Part shown: in pieces, positions 1 to 9,688 of the stretch | Position numbering within the stretch: position 1 is the stretch's first letter | Layout: the number at the start of each line of letters is the position of its first letter | NCBI GenBank assembly: GCA_964651815.1 | Contig: CAZYWG010000012.1 | Coordinates: forward strand, 1 to 56,373 | Direction of reading: 5' to 3' | Origin: an uncultured Gammaproteobacteria bacterium | GTDB lineage: Bacteria > Patescibacteriota > Microgenomatia > Levybacterales > GWA1-39-11 | Length of the DNA: 56,373 bases | Made by a program: the position numbers and the translations under genes | The notes under the pieces: model-generated | Database searches by the model: none | What the model was told of the DNA's origin: nothing | The model's input: only the letters and a program-made list of their open reading frames with translations

Positions 1-53
1 ACTCCCTGCCTCGCGAACCCGAATCGCGCGGTCTACCGATGACCTACACCCCG
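1..53 (-). tRNA. tRNA-Pro(CGG), 3' end truncated by the window edge
   Basis: Reverse complement reads CGGGGTGTAG...; anticodon arm CGCGA-TT CGG GT-TCGCG; T arm begins at the window edge. Confidence 0.85.
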
Positions 54-80
54 TGTTTACACTGAGAAATTCGAATTTTG

Positions 81-153
81 CGTCCCCGAGTGGAGTCGAA
101 CCACCAATCTTGCCCTTAGGACGGGCCTGCTCAATCCATTAAGCTACGGGGAC
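81..153 (-). tRNA. tRNA-Arg(CCT)
   Basis: Acceptor GTCCCCG/CGGGGAC, anticodon loop GT CCT AA, T loop TTCGACT; CCA is not encoded. Confidence 0.9.
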
Positions 154-167
154 AAATCTAATTCATA

Positions 168-195
168 ATTATATCTTACGTACCTCACTTTTCAA
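168..195 (-). promoter_or_regulatory. Putative sigma70 promoter for the tRNA-Arg/tRNA-Pro pair
   Basis: Minus strand TTGAAA-N16-TATAAT just upstream of tRNA-Arg. Confidence 0.5.
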
Positions 196-209
196 AACTA
201 CGAATGGGG

Positions 210-239
210 TTGACATATAGCTTTTTATTTTGTTAATCT
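210..239 (+). promoter_or_regulatory. Putative sigma70 promoter for ORF 252
   Basis: TTGACA-N18-TAATCT with a TGn extended -10, 12 nt before the ATG. Confidence 0.5.
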
Positions 240-251
240 ATTGGTGCAAAA

Positions 252-473
252 ATGTCAAAAGTAAAATCCAAATCAAAATCTAGCATATCCAAGAAAAAGA
301 TATACAAAAGGGTCTCTTCCCCAAAGAGAGTTAAAAACGAATCCAGAACAATTTCTTTTGTAGTTGGAATTTTAACTGTGTTGATAGTAGCCGCAGCGGC
401 ATTTTTCTTTCTTCAGGGAAATAATTATAAATCAGTCCTCGGCTCTCAAAACCAAGTAAATTACGCAAAGTAA
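252..473 (+). CDS. Small basic single-pass membrane protein, hypothetical
   Basis: Lys-rich N-terminus followed by one hydrophobic helix; a promoter lies upstream. Confidence 0.7.
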   Translation: MSKVKSKSKSSISKKKIYKRVSSPKRVKNESRTISFVVGILTVLIVAAAAFFFLQGNNYKSVLGSQNQVNYAK

Positions 474-476
474 GTA

Positions 477-2414
477 CTAATAAATTTTAGTGTCACCAAT
501 ACCATATTCCCAACCTCTTTTTGCTGGCACAAGGAAAAAGGAAAGTTCCTTGCTCTCATGGTCTATTTGAAAGAGTATTCTTACAGAATCTCTTTTCCTA
601 ACCATAAAGACTTCACCGTTTACCTCAAGCATTTGTCTTTTGAGATTTTTCATGGGTACAGTTGTTATCCAATCTAGGGCGTGGATTAAACTTGAGTTTT
701 TAATGGCTACCTGGCTACCTTCATCTGTTAAAACTTTTCCTAAAGCCTTTTCTTTGTCATCAAGATCTTTACCATCAATGGCAAGCAATTTTCCTCCATG
801 TTTTACTCTCATATTAGTTGTGTAAAAAAGACTCCATCCGGCAAGATTTCCCTCCTTGACTTGCCTGGATAATTCCTGCATTTCAACCTCTTCGTCTTTA
901 CTTTCCTGAGTTACATCTAATTCTTCTTCAACAGTTTCTTCAGGATGTACAATTTCTCGAGGCCCTGCTTCTGCAGCTAGTTCGAGTTCTCCATATGCCC
1001 ATTGCCAGTTATCTGTAAGCCACTTTTTTGAAAACCTTCTTATATCTCCAACTGTCTGATTTAATTCAGGCTCGTTTGTTGCTTGTAATCGACTCGCAAA
1101 TATATCTGCCATTTCCCAAATAATTAATTCCACTTTTTCCCCTTTCGAACCTTCAATTAATTCAGTCATATATTCTTTTTGGCCGCTTTGCATCAAATCA
1201 AATAGCGGTGCGAGTTGGTAATAATATAACTTGAAGAATTTCTTGTCTGTGTCTTTCAAGGCTCTGAGGTCTCCTTCTTTTTCCCGGCCAATGAGTCCCA
1301 AACGGTCAACTAGATTTTCATCAATTACTGTAGTTGCGGAAAACCCTCCATCCTTAAACTGTTTTTCCAACCATAACGCAACCAAATCACTGCCTATAGG
1401 CATCTGCTCCGTAAAAATGTTTATTGCACTTTTCCGAGATTCTTCCGGCGAAACCATAATATCGTCTAATTCATCAGCACTCATTTTTTTAACAACTTCT
1501 ATATCTCCCGGGTATGTATACATATTTTGTGTGGCAGATAGATAAATTAACGAATTTACCAAAGATGGCTGACCCGGGAAAAGATCTCTTCTCCTCTTCT
1601 CTATGTTCAAGGCAGATTTTATAAAAAGTCTATTATCATATTCACGTAAATCGTTGTAGTTTGAATTGACTTTATCTTGATAAATACTTATTGCAAGCTG
1701 CTCCTCAGTATCCTCCTTGAATTCTTCTTCTACCTGAGATCTCCGTGGCGCAACTCCATCTGAATCTGCAAACCAATCTGGAATCCACTCTGTAGAAACG
1801 AACCCAAATTCAAGTTTTTCTGTACTTATTCCATTAAAATTTGGATTTAACATTTCAGAGAAATTTGAGTATTCATCTATTAATTGCTCCCATTCTGTTT
1901 TTGACTTCCTAAAGCTTGGCGAAGGGACTCCCGCTATCTTTACAATTAAACGTCTCAGTTCTGGATAGCCCGCGGCTCTTGCTGCTTGATGCTTTCTAAA
2001 AGCAATTTCCTGGCTAGGATTATTACTCGGGTCGTATAATTTGTAAAATTCACATGCCATATAAAAGGATTTCTGAAAAAGACTAAAAATCTCTATATCC
2101 GGGATACCCCGAGGTGATAGATCGTCATACATTTGAAGATATGCAGCAGATACCGTTCTAAAACTGGAGTATTGGTTAATTAAATCCTGCTGTTCACTGT
2201 CTATCGCATCTAACTTACTCAATCTCCCAAAAATGGTAGTATCATCTACTAACCTGCGCCTGTTATTTACGTCTAAATCCCGGGACAACGATCGTCCAAC
2301 ACCCATCATTCCAAGAGTAGCAACACGTTCTTGCGGTCTAAAGTTAAAAAGATAAAGCTCTGTTGGCCTTGCTTGTGGCTCCCTTGGTTCTCCTGCTAAA
2401 ACTTCTGAATTCAT
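477..2414 (-). CDS. Large hypothetical protein with a possible C-terminal RelE/ParE-like domain
   Basis: 645-aa ORF; the C-terminus (FMVRKRDSVRILFQIDHESKELSFFLV) resembles the RelE-family R-x-G/D-x-x-R-I-x-Y/F beta sheet. Confidence 0.6.
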   Translation of the reverse strand: MNSEVLAGEPREPQARPTELYLFNFRPQERVATLGMMGVGRSLSRDLDVNNRRRLVDDTTIFGRLSKLDAIDSEQQDLINQYSSFRTVSAAYLQMYDDLSPRGIPDIEIFSLFQKSFYMACEFYKLYDPSNNPSQEIAFRKHQAARAAGYPELRRLIVKIAGVPSPSFRKSKTEWEQLIDEYSNFSEMLNPNFNGISTEKLEFGFVSTEWIPDWFADSDGVAPRRSQVEEEFKEDTEEQLAISIYQDKVNSNYNDLREYDNRLFIKSALNIEKRRRDLFPGQPSLVNSLIYLSATQNMYTYPGDIEVVKKMSADELDDIMVSPEESRKSAINIFTEQMPIGSDLVALWLEKQFKDGGFSATTVIDENLVDRLGLIGREKEGDLRALKDTDKKFFKLYYYQLAPLFDLMQSGQKEYMTELIEGSKGEKVELIIWEMADIFASRLQATNEPELNQTVGDIRRFSKKWLTDNWQWAYGELELAAEAGPREIVHPEETVEEELDVTQESKDEEVEMQELSRQVKEGNLAGWSLFYTTNMRVKHGGKLLAIDGKDLDDKEKALGKVLTDEGSQVAIKNSSLIHALDWITTVPMKNLKRQMLEVNGEVFMVRKRDSVRILFQIDHESKELSFFLVPAKRGWEYGIGDTKIY

Positions 2415-2463
2415 TTAGGTATTATACTAAAAACTACATTTAAATCAAATACTAGAGGATACT

Positions 2464-3036
2464 TTAGAGGTCTTCGCCGTAGCGCTTGTATGACTGAATC
2501 TCTTCCGGGTCAAACCAAAGCATTTTTTCAAAGTTTGCCTCCTCAACACTTGCCGAAATATGGACTAAGTTCATGACACCGCGTCTTTCATCATTTGCGT
2601 ATGCTGCAGAATCTGTAGAAAAATCACCCCTTATTGTGCCCGCGGGAGCCGCAACCGGCATTGTTGGGCCCGCCATATTCACAACATTTTCAACTGCGTG
2701 GCGGCCTTCCAAAATCATGGCAATTGAAGGCCCGCTCATTACATAATCAAACAACCATTTGTTAACAAGCTTTCCAAGTTCTAGCGGATTATCAGTCCCA
2801 AAGTCTGCTTTTGCGTCTTTTCCGTATTTTGTATAAGTAGCAAGCGTTTTTTCTCCCCAGCGCTTAAGAGTTGCTTCTTTATCAGATTGATAATGCTTGA
2901 GGAGAATATCTTCTGTGGGTGAAACCATTTTTATGGCAACTATTTTGAGTCCCATCCTTTCAAATCTGTGGATCAATTCGCCAATAATCCCACGCTTAAC
3001 GCCGTCCGGCTTAATGAGTACTAATGTTTGTTCCAT
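2464..3036 (-). CDS. ndk: Nucleoside-diphosphate kinase
   Basis: EQTLVLIKPDGVKRG, GTIRGDF and catalytic N-x-V-H-x-S motifs. Confidence 0.97.
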   Translation of the reverse strand: MEQTLVLIKPDGVKRGIIGELIHRFERMGLKIVAIKMVSPTEDILLKHYQSDKEATLKRWGEKTLATYTKYGKDAKADFGTDNPLELGKLVNKWLFDYVMSGPSIAMILEGRHAVENVVNMAGPTMPVAAPAGTIRGDFSTDSAAYANDERRGVMNLVHISASVEEANFEKMLWFDPEEIQSYKRYGEDL

Positions 3037-3114
3037 AAGGATTAATATTAAGGGTAGATGGCTCTAAAGTCAATAAGTTTAACGAGAAAATACTGATTAA
3101 CCCCTCTCGACAAA

Positions 3115-4383
3115 CTAATCAAGGAAGTTTTTGAAACGTGCTTCGTCTTTAAAGTCACCAATTATCGCAAGGTTTAGAGGTTGGGATAAAAATTCTTTTG
3201 CAACTGATAATACTTCTTCAAGTGTTACTTTTTCAACTCTGGCAATCACTTCAGAAGGCTCTTCAAGTTTTTTCTCAAGCAAAAAGTCAGAACCATAATA
3301 AACTGCAACAGAACGTGTATCTTCCAGCTCCAAAACAAAGTGCCCTTTTACAAATTCTTTTGCTTTTGTGAGCTCTGCTGCCGTAATTTCTCCCGCCTTT
3401 TGAACTTTTTTATATTCTTCAATTACCACTTTTATTGCGTCGTCAATTCTGGCAGGATCAGCCCCTACATATGTTGTCAAATGCCCACAATCTAGATAAT
3501 TTTCAGAAATTGTCCTCACATAATAAGCCAATCCGCGCTTCTCTCTGACTTCATGGAATAAGCGGGACGACATTCCGCCCCCAAGAATTGCGGCAAGAAG
3601 GCTCAAGGGATAACGCTTTGCTTCATCAGGCAAACCAACAGCTCTCACTCCAAGCGCAAAATGCGCCTGGTCAGTTTTTTTGTATCTTATTTTGACGGCC
3701 GGCTTTACTTGTCCTTCAATAACTGACCTATACCCTTCCGTAGTAAAAGTTGGAAGGGAGCTGAAATATTTTTCTACCAAGGCAAGACCGTCTTTCACGC
3801 TAATTTTCCCTGCAACTACAACTACCATATTAGTTGCCGAATATAACTTTCTCATGTATTTAACAAAATCTTCCCTTTTGGCACCTCGGATTACATCTTT
3901 GCTCCCCGCAATATCCCAACCCATTGGCGTATCACCATATAATAATTCTTCATATACGTCCCCTATTTTTCTTGGCGGCGTGTCTTCATATAAATTAATT
4001 TCTTCCATGATAACTCCTTTTTCTTTGTCAATTTCCTTTTGGTCGAGAAGCAAGTTTGTGAGCATATCGGAGAGGATGTCGAGTGAAAGCTCCACCCTAT
4101 GCGCTGCCGACTTAATGTAATAACCTGTGTATTCTTTGCCCGTAAACGCGTTGCTTTCAGCCCCCGCGCCGTCTATTAATGAGGAGATTTCTATTGCTGT
4201 TGGCCTTTTTTTGGTCCCTTTGAAAGCCATGTGTTCTAAAAAATGCGAGATTCCTGAGTTTGTTTTGTCTTCATAACGGCTGCCTGCGCCTACCATTATC
4301 ATAGTGGTGGCCGACTCCATTTCCATGATTGGCGCAATAACAACATTAAGGCCGTTTGCAAGTTTTGAATGAGTAAATTTCAT
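3115..4383 (-). CDS. M16 family zinc metallopeptidase (pitrilysin-like)
   Basis: GISHFLEHMAFKGT (HxxEH); GGGMSSRLFHEVREKRGLAY. Confidence 0.95.
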   Translation of the reverse strand: MKFTHSKLANGLNVVIAPIMEMESATTMIMVGAGSRYEDKTNSGISHFLEHMAFKGTKKRPTAIEISSLIDGAGAESNAFTGKEYTGYYIKSAAHRVELSLDILSDMLTNLLLDQKEIDKEKGVIMEEINLYEDTPPRKIGDVYEELLYGDTPMGWDIAGSKDVIRGAKREDFVKYMRKLYSATNMVVVVAGKISVKDGLALVEKYFSSLPTFTTEGYRSVIEGQVKPAVKIRYKKTDQAHFALGVRAVGLPDEAKRYPLSLLAAILGGGMSSRLFHEVREKRGLAYYVRTISENYLDCGHLTTYVGADPARIDDAIKVVIEEYKKVQKAGEITAAELTKAKEFVKGHFVLELEDTRSVAVYYGSDFLLEKKLEEPSEVIARVEKVTLEEVLSVAKEFLSQPLNLAIIGDFKDEARFKNFLD

Positions 4384-4493
4384 AAATTTGAATTTGAGAA
4401 CAGAGCACCATTATCTCACAGGCGCACTTTTCTTTCAATATCAAAGCTCAGTTGCTTGAAGTTGTGGGTTATTTCCTGTAAAATCCATAGCTT

Positions 4494-5093
4494 ATGCCAA
4501 GAAATGGAGTTGAGACCGGATCTGTCGCAGAGGTTGAAGCATCACCTTTGGGTTTTAGCACGGTTACACCACTCGCTGATATTCAGGCATCTTCAAGAAA
4601 AGGAATTGCCGCGACACCAGTGGAAAGATGGGACTATAACGCGAAGAAATTTGTTGCTGAAAGGCTGGATATAGTGCTTGGAACAATCGACGTTTTGAGT
4701 GGCGGTAGATTGGACAATCTTGGCTGGAAAGAAGCACTAGCTTTGGCAGAAGCATTTGCGGAAAAAAGTGGACATAAACCTTCAAAAATTGAAAAGGTAA
4801 CAAATGCCTCTCCGGTGCTCGGTGGAATAAGAAGAGAAGCAGTTAGAAGATTTCCCTCAGTTGGTCAAGCCCAAACTAATGCAGTTACTGCTGCGTTTAG
4901 AAATGCCTTTTTAGATATGCAGGCAGGCCGTGAAGCAGCGATTAAACAACCACCCAGAACAGAGGAAACGGAGGAAAGACCAAAAGCTCCTGTTGTTAAC
5001 TGGGATACGTCAGGCTACGCAAACAATATTAGTCAGGGTGCAACAAGAAGTACATCTGGCCACAACAGTAGACTCAAGAGGCGTTTTGCTTAA
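4494..5093 (+). CDS. Hypothetical protein
   Basis: 199-aa ORF filling the gap between the peptidase and argS; no motif recognised. Confidence 0.6.
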   Translation: MPRNGVETGSVAEVEASPLGFSTVTPLADIQASSRKGIAATPVERWDYNAKKFVAERLDIVLGTIDVLSGGRLDNLGWKEALALAEAFAEKSGHKPSKIEKVTNASPVLGGIRREAVRRFPSVGQAQTNAVTAAFRNAFLDMQAGREAAIKQPPRTEETEERPKAPVVNWDTSGYANNISQGATRSTSGHNSRLKRRFA

Positions 5094-5166
5094 TCTACAT
5101 CTTCTCTACTGTCTCAATTCTGACCACGAAGTGGCCATCCTAGGTTACGGAGTCAACCTAGGAAAC

Positions 5167-6900
5167 CTACATTTTGTCAACAGTACTGATGCCCAAAAGT
5201 TGCAGGCCGTTTTTGAGGATACGGCCAGTAGCAGCAGTAAGAAACAATCGAAAAGCCCGAGTTTCTGTATCTTCAATATTTAGGATTTGGTGTTTTTGGT
5301 AAAATAAATTAAAGGTTTGGGCGAGTTCAAAAAGATAATTACATACAAGATTTGGCGAAAATGTAATTGCTGCAAACTCTACAATTTCAGGGAAGTAGAC
5401 AAGCTGCCGCAAAACGGCAATCTCTTCTGGATTTAATTTTTCCTCTGAGTAAACTTTACCCTTAACGCTTTCCCCTTTACCCTTTTTGATCACGCTCTGC
5501 GTCCTGACGTATGTATATTGAATATACGGTCCGGAATTACCTTGCATATTCAAAATATCATCCCAATCAAAAGTTATATCTTGAATAGAATTTCTTTTTA
5601 GGTCATTCCATTTTAAAGCACCCATTGCAACGGCATTCGAATTCGAATTAGAGTCATCTGAAAGTAGACTTGCCCGCTTTTCAGCTTCTTTTAATACATC
5701 CTCAAGCCAAACAACATTACCCTTCCTTGTAGACATTTTTCCTTCTGCAAACCTGAAATGCCCATGTTTTATATGAATTCTTTGTCCATTTTTTACCCAA
5801 CCAAGCATTTTCTCAAGTTCGTAAAGTTGGTTAAAATATAATGATTGCTCTACTCCAACTTCATTAATAATTACTGTGTCAGGACCGTGCTCTTGAAGAC
5901 GAAACTTATCAGTTGCCAAATCCCTAGTTGAATAAAGAGTCGCGCCGTCCTGTTTTAAAATCATAAGTGGCGGATATTTATCTTCCGGAAAATAAACAAG
6001 TTCTGCACCCTCATGTTTTTTTAATAGGTTTTTCGAATTCAGTTCATCAAGAATGTCTGACATTTTATTTTCAAAAAAAGATTCTCCATATCCCATCCCA
6101 TTATTTTCTGTAAAAGTTACACCAAGAATTTCATACAGGCGTCCGAACTCGCGCACGGACCAGTCAATACACTTTTGCCAAAGTAGACGCGCCTCAGGGT
6201 CTCCCTCTTCAAGCTTTTTAAACCAAGCCCGGCCTTCGTCTTCGAGTTTGGGATCTTTTTCCGCTTCTTCATGGAATTTAACATATAACTCAACTAGATC
6301 TTTTACAGGATTTTCGCTTACCTCGATTTTTTTCTCATCTCCCCAAGTCTTAATTGCATAAATTTGTTTTCCGAATTGTGTCCCCCAATCCCCCAAATGA
6401 TTGTCCCGAAAAACTTCCCATCCGGTTGCTTCTAACAGATTTGCAACAGCAGCACCTATTATTGTTGACCTGAGATGCCCTACAGTAAATGGTTTTGCAA
6501 TATTTGGGGATGAAAATTCAACAACCACTCCTTTACCTTGATTTGTATCCGAATTTCCAAATTTTTCATTCTCCAAAACTGCATTCATTGTCTCAATCAG
6601 CGCTTTCTCCGAGAAAAAGAAATTAACAAAACCAGGACCCGCAATTTCTATTTTTGAAATAACATTGTCATTGCGAGGATTCGAAGAATCCAAAGCAATC
6701 TTTTCGAATTCCGATTTAATCTCCTCCGCAATCTCCCCAGGCTTTTTTTTGAGAATCGACGCGAGTTTTAAGGCAACATTAGTATAATAATCCCCATTTT
6801 CTCGCTTTTCAGAAATTTGTAGTTCAACAGGAATTTCTTTTCCCGCGATTTTTTCAACAATCTTTTTTAAATTCTCTTCTATAGTAAGTTTTCCCGTCAT
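5167..6900 (-). CDS. argS: Arginine--tRNA ligase
   Basis: GDYYTNVAL, AGPGFVNF, VEFSSPNIAKPFTVGHLRST (HIGH), KMSTRKG, GNSGPYIQY. Confidence 0.98.
   Translation of the reverse strand: MTGKLTIEENLKKIVEKIAGKEIPVELQISEKRENGDYYTNVALKLASILKKKPGEIAEEIKSEFEKIALDSSNPRNDNVISKIEIAGPGFVNFFFSEKALIETMNAVLENEKFGNSDTNQGKGVVVEFSSPNIAKPFTVGHLRSTIIGAAVANLLEATGWEVFRDNHLGDWGTQFGKQIYAIKTWGDEKKIEVSENPVKDLVELYVKFHEEAEKDPKLEDEGRAWFKKLEEGDPEARLLWQKCIDWSVREFGRLYEILGVTFTENNGMGYGESFFENKMSDILDELNSKNLLKKHEGAELVYFPEDKYPPLMILKQDGATLYSTRDLATDKFRLQEHGPDTVIINEVGVEQSLYFNQLYELEKMLGWVKNGQRIHIKHGHFRFAEGKMSTRKGNVVWLEDVLKEAEKRASLLSDDSNSNSNAVAMGALKWNDLKRNSIQDITFDWDDILNMQGNSGPYIQYTYVRTQSVIKKGKGESVKGKVYSEEKLNPEEIAVLRQLVYFPEIVEFAAITFSPNLVCNYLFELAQTFNLFYQKHQILNIEDTETRAFRLFLTAATGRILKNGLQLLGISTVDKM
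6667..6700. repeat. Palindromic GTCATTGCGAG...AAGCAATC element inserted in frame in argS
   Basis: GTCATTGCGA-GGATTC GAA GAATCC-AAAGCAATC; same end signature as the intergenic element at 12180-12283. Confidence 0.7.
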
Positions 6901-6985
6901 AAGTGTTATTTTAGAGCTTCAAACTCAAATAGTAAACTGGGCTTATTTAATAGATGCTGATTTGAGAAAGAAATTCCGAGGAAGT

Positions 6986-7867
6986 TTAGCTTAGGTTTAA
7001 TTCTCTGAGGAATTTTTTGAAGTCTTCCTTAATATCTTCATGTTCTAGTGCGAGTTCCACTGCAGTCTTCATGTATTCCAGTTTGTTCCCGGTATCGTAA
7101 TACCTACCGTTCTCGATTTCGCATGCATAAACCGGATAACCTGTTTTAATTAATGCGTCAATTGCTTCCGGCAGGTAAATTTCTCCCCCGGTCCCGGGCT
7201 TTTGGTTTTTTAATATCTCAAATATCTCAGGCGGCAAAATATATGCACCGTGAGTAGCTAAATTTGAAGGTGCAGAATCCGGATCCGGCTTTTCAACTAT
7301 TGATTTGATCCGGAATACATTACCCTCAACTGCTTCAACATCTGCAATTCCATATCTTTTTAAATCTTCTTTGTGTTGAATTCTGACAGCAGAAATAACG
7401 GCGCCTCCCAATTTTTCATGTACAGCTATCATCTGGGCAAGACGTGGCGGCTTGGAATAAATAAATTCATCCCCCCACATAACGGCAAAAGGCTCGTTAT
7501 CAATTATTGGCTCAGCCGCAAGGACCGGAGTACCATTTCCATATGGCCCTTTCTGTCTCACATATATAAAGTTGGCGAGCTCTGAAATCTTTGCTGTTTT
7601 TTCCATCAATTCTTTTTTCCCACCGGCCTCAAGATTCTTGATTAATTCCGCATTCATTACGTCAAAGTGGTCTTCAATGGCGCGTTTTAACGCTCCCGTC
7701 ACAATTATTATGTCTTCAATTCCGGACGCCACTGCCTCCTCAACCACATATTGAATAACCGGCTTATCAACTATAGGAAGCATCTCTTTAGGCATTGCCT
7801 TTGTCTGAGGTAGAAAGCGGGTGCCAAATCCGGCTGCAGGAATTACGGCTTTGCGTATTTTTGCCAT
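6986..7867 (-). CDS. galU: UTP--glucose-1-phosphate uridylyltransferase
   Basis: KAVIPAAGFGTRFLPQTKAMPKEMLPIVDKP; VEKP; YDTGNKLEY. Confidence 0.95.
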   Translation of the reverse strand: MAKIRKAVIPAAGFGTRFLPQTKAMPKEMLPIVDKPVIQYVVEEAVASGIEDIIIVTGALKRAIEDHFDVMNAELIKNLEAGGKKELMEKTAKISELANFIYVRQKGPYGNGTPVLAAEPIIDNEPFAVMWGDEFIYSKPPRLAQMIAVHEKLGGAVISAVRIQHKEDLKRYGIADVEAVEGNVFRIKSIVEKPDPDSAPSNLATHGAYILPPEIFEILKNQKPGTGGEIYLPEAIDALIKTGYPVYACEIENGRYYDTGNKLEYMKTAVELALEHEDIKEDFKKFLRELNLS

Positions 7868-7922
7868 TGTTTTTTAATTTTAGTCTGTGTAAATCAAAAA
7901 GTCAAAATGGGAAAATCTGTTT

Positions 7923-8228
7923 TCAACGCCTTCGCCAGGGATAGGGATTAAGCAAGTTGCTATATTCATTACTAATATTTTCTGAGGCGTTCTCTGCAAT
8001 ACCGGTATTATTATTTGTACCTATTGTTGCGCCGCCTGCTAGACCGACAAACACCATGCCTAAAAGTTGCCTTCTTGAAAATGTTTTGGTTCTTTGAATA
8101 GAACGCGCTTCATCTTCAGCGTATACCGGCGGCAAAGCAAGCTGTCCACCCCTTTTCCTGATCCACCTATCTGCACTTTCAGAAGTTGAACGGAAGAATT
8201 TTTCCAACATTAAAGAGAATTCTTTCAT
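7923..8228 (-). CDS. Hypothetical protein with an SRRQLL motif and one hydrophobic segment
   Basis: 101-aa ORF, divergent from secE. Confidence 0.55.
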   Translation of the reverse strand: MKEFSLMLEKFFRSTSESADRWIRKRGGQLALPPVYAEDEARSIQRTKTFSRRQLLGMVFVGLAGGATIGTNNNTGIAENASENISNEYSNLLNPYPWRRR

Positions 8229-8291
8229 ATTGTGTCATATTAGAGGTGCTACTCCTTTACATTCGAACCTGGCTTGTGGTAAAATCTTCAG

Positions 8292-8465
8292 ATGTTCACG
8301 TTTCTGGGTGAAGTAAGGTCTGAACTTGAAAAAGTTACATTCCCAACTAACACTGAAGTTATAAGACTCACAGCAACCGTAGTTATAATTAGTTTGCTGA
8401 TAGGATTGTACCTGGGAGGAGCCGATTACCTTTTCACTCAGCTTCTTGGACTACTGGTTAAATAA
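8292..8465 (+). CDS. secE: Preprotein translocase subunit SecE (absent from the ORF track, 57 aa)
   Basis: Manual translation MFTFLGEVRSELEKVTFPTNTEVIRLTATVVIISLLIGLYLGGADYLFTQLLGLLVK; SecE E-L-x-K-V-x-W/F-P motif; directly upstream of nusG. Confidence 0.95.
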   Translation: MFTFLGEVRSELEKVTFPTNTEVIRLTATVVIISLLIGLYLGGADYLFTQLLGLLVK

Positions 8466-8473
8466 TTTAAAAT

Positions 8474-9016
8474 ATGGATCCAATTATAGAAAACAGAGCG
8501 CGTTGGTTTATTGTCCACACTTATTCAGGACATGAAAATAAAGTGGCTAAAACTCTCATGCAAAGAGTTGACGCAATGGGTTTCAAAGAAAGAGTTCTTG
8601 ACGTTTTGGTGCCTACAAAAGAAGTTGTTAAAGTTCGTGCTGGGAAAAAAGAAACCGTTAAAGAAAAAATCTTTGCAGGGTACATTTTTGTGAAAATGGT
8701 GCTTGATGATGAGGCATGGCTTTTAGTCCGCACTACTCCCGGCGTCACAAGTTTTGTAGGGACAATGAATAAGCCAACTCCAATCAGGGATGATGAAGTT
8801 GATGCAATTTTGAAGTTTGTAGAAATGAAAACTCCTGTTTTCAAGTCTGCATTTACGCCCGGCGAGGCTGTAAAAATCAACGACGGACCTTTCTCAGATT
8901 TTCTTGGGAGTATTGAGTCAATTGACGAAGAAAAAGGGAAAGTAAAAGTCTTGGTTTCGATTTTTGGAAGGGAAACACCTGTCGAGTTGGACTTTTTACA
9001 AGTCAGCAAGATATAG
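8474..9016 (+). CDS. nusG: Transcription termination/antitermination factor NusG
   Basis: [14 protein letters not shown]; KOW domain; [14 protein letters not shown]. Confidence 0.98.
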   Translation: MDPIIENRARWFIVHTYSGHENKVAKTLMQRVDAMGFKERVLDVLVPTKEVVKVRAGKKETVKEKIFAGYIFVKMVLDDEAWLLVRTTPGVTSFVGTMNKPTPIRDDEVDAILKFVEMKTPVFKSAFTPGEAVKINDGPFSDFLGSIESIDEEKGKVKVLVSIFGRETPVELDFLQVSKI

Positions 9017-9022
9017 AGAGAT

Positions 9023-9208
9023 ATGGGAAGTGTAATTGAAAGTGCATATGCACGAAACAGGCAACATTTTTTTGAATCGCAAAAAGGTAAAAAAATGACT
9101 GATGCTCAAGTTGAAGCTATAAATGGAAGAATCGGAAGAATGAGAGAGGCCCAACAGAGAAATATTAACGAGGCGCACGAAAGACACATGAATATACTTA
9201 AAAAATAA
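9023..9208 (+). CDS. Small hypothetical protein between nusG and rplK
   Basis: 61-aa ORF tightly packed: 6 nt after the nusG stop and 1 nt before the rplK ATG. Confidence 0.65.
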   Translation: MGSVIESAYARNRQHFFESQKGKKMTDAQVEAINGRIGRMREAQQRNINEAHERHMNILKK

Positions 9209-9209
9209 T

Positions 9210-9632
9210 ATGGCTAAGAAAATAAAAACACTTATAAAATTAAACGTAATTGGGGGGTCGGCTACTCCGGCACCACCTGTTGGTACTGCACTCGGTCCTC
9301 ATGGCTTGCCTATAATGGATTTTGTCAAAGCTTTTAATGACAAAACCGCAGACCAAAAAGGTACTGTACTACCTGTTGTCATCACAGTTTATGAAGACAG
9401 GACTTTTTCATTCATTGTCAAAAAATCGCCAATTGCAGAACTTATTAAAAAAGCTCTAAACTTGGAAAAAGGTTCTGGGAAGCCGGGGCGTGAAGTAGCA
9501 GGAAAATTGTCTGATACACAAGCAAAGCAAATTGCTGAGATCAAAATGGAAGATTTAAATACTAGAGATGTTGACGCCGGTGCAAAAATTGTAAAAGGTG
9601 TTGCAAGAAGCATGGGAATCCAGACAGAATAG
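9210..9632 (+). CDS. rplK: 50S ribosomal protein L11
   Basis: ATPAPPVGTALGPHG; VYEDRTFSF; KMEDLN. Confidence 0.98.
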   Translation: MAKKIKTLIKLNVIGGSATPAPPVGTALGPHGLPIMDFVKAFNDKTADQKGTVLPVVITVYEDRTFSFIVKKSPIAELIKKALNLEKGSGKPGREVAGKLSDTQAKQIAEIKMEDLNTRDVDAGAKIVKGVARSMGIQTE

Positions 9633-9641
9633 TATTCAAGG

Positions 9642-9674
9642 ATGCTCAGGCATTTCATGCCTGATGCATTTTTT
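9642..9674 (+). terminator. Hairpin plus T-run between rplK and rplA (possible intrinsic terminator or attenuator)
   Basis: TCAGG...CCTGA inverted repeat flanked by ATGC/GCAT and followed by a T tract. Confidence 0.45.
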
Positions 9675-9688
9675 AACAAAGTTTAAAA

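Noticed and set aside
7923-8228. Tat signal peptide (SRRQLL)
   Set aside because: The motif lies about 50 residues in, little follows the hydrophobic segment, and no tat genes are seen.
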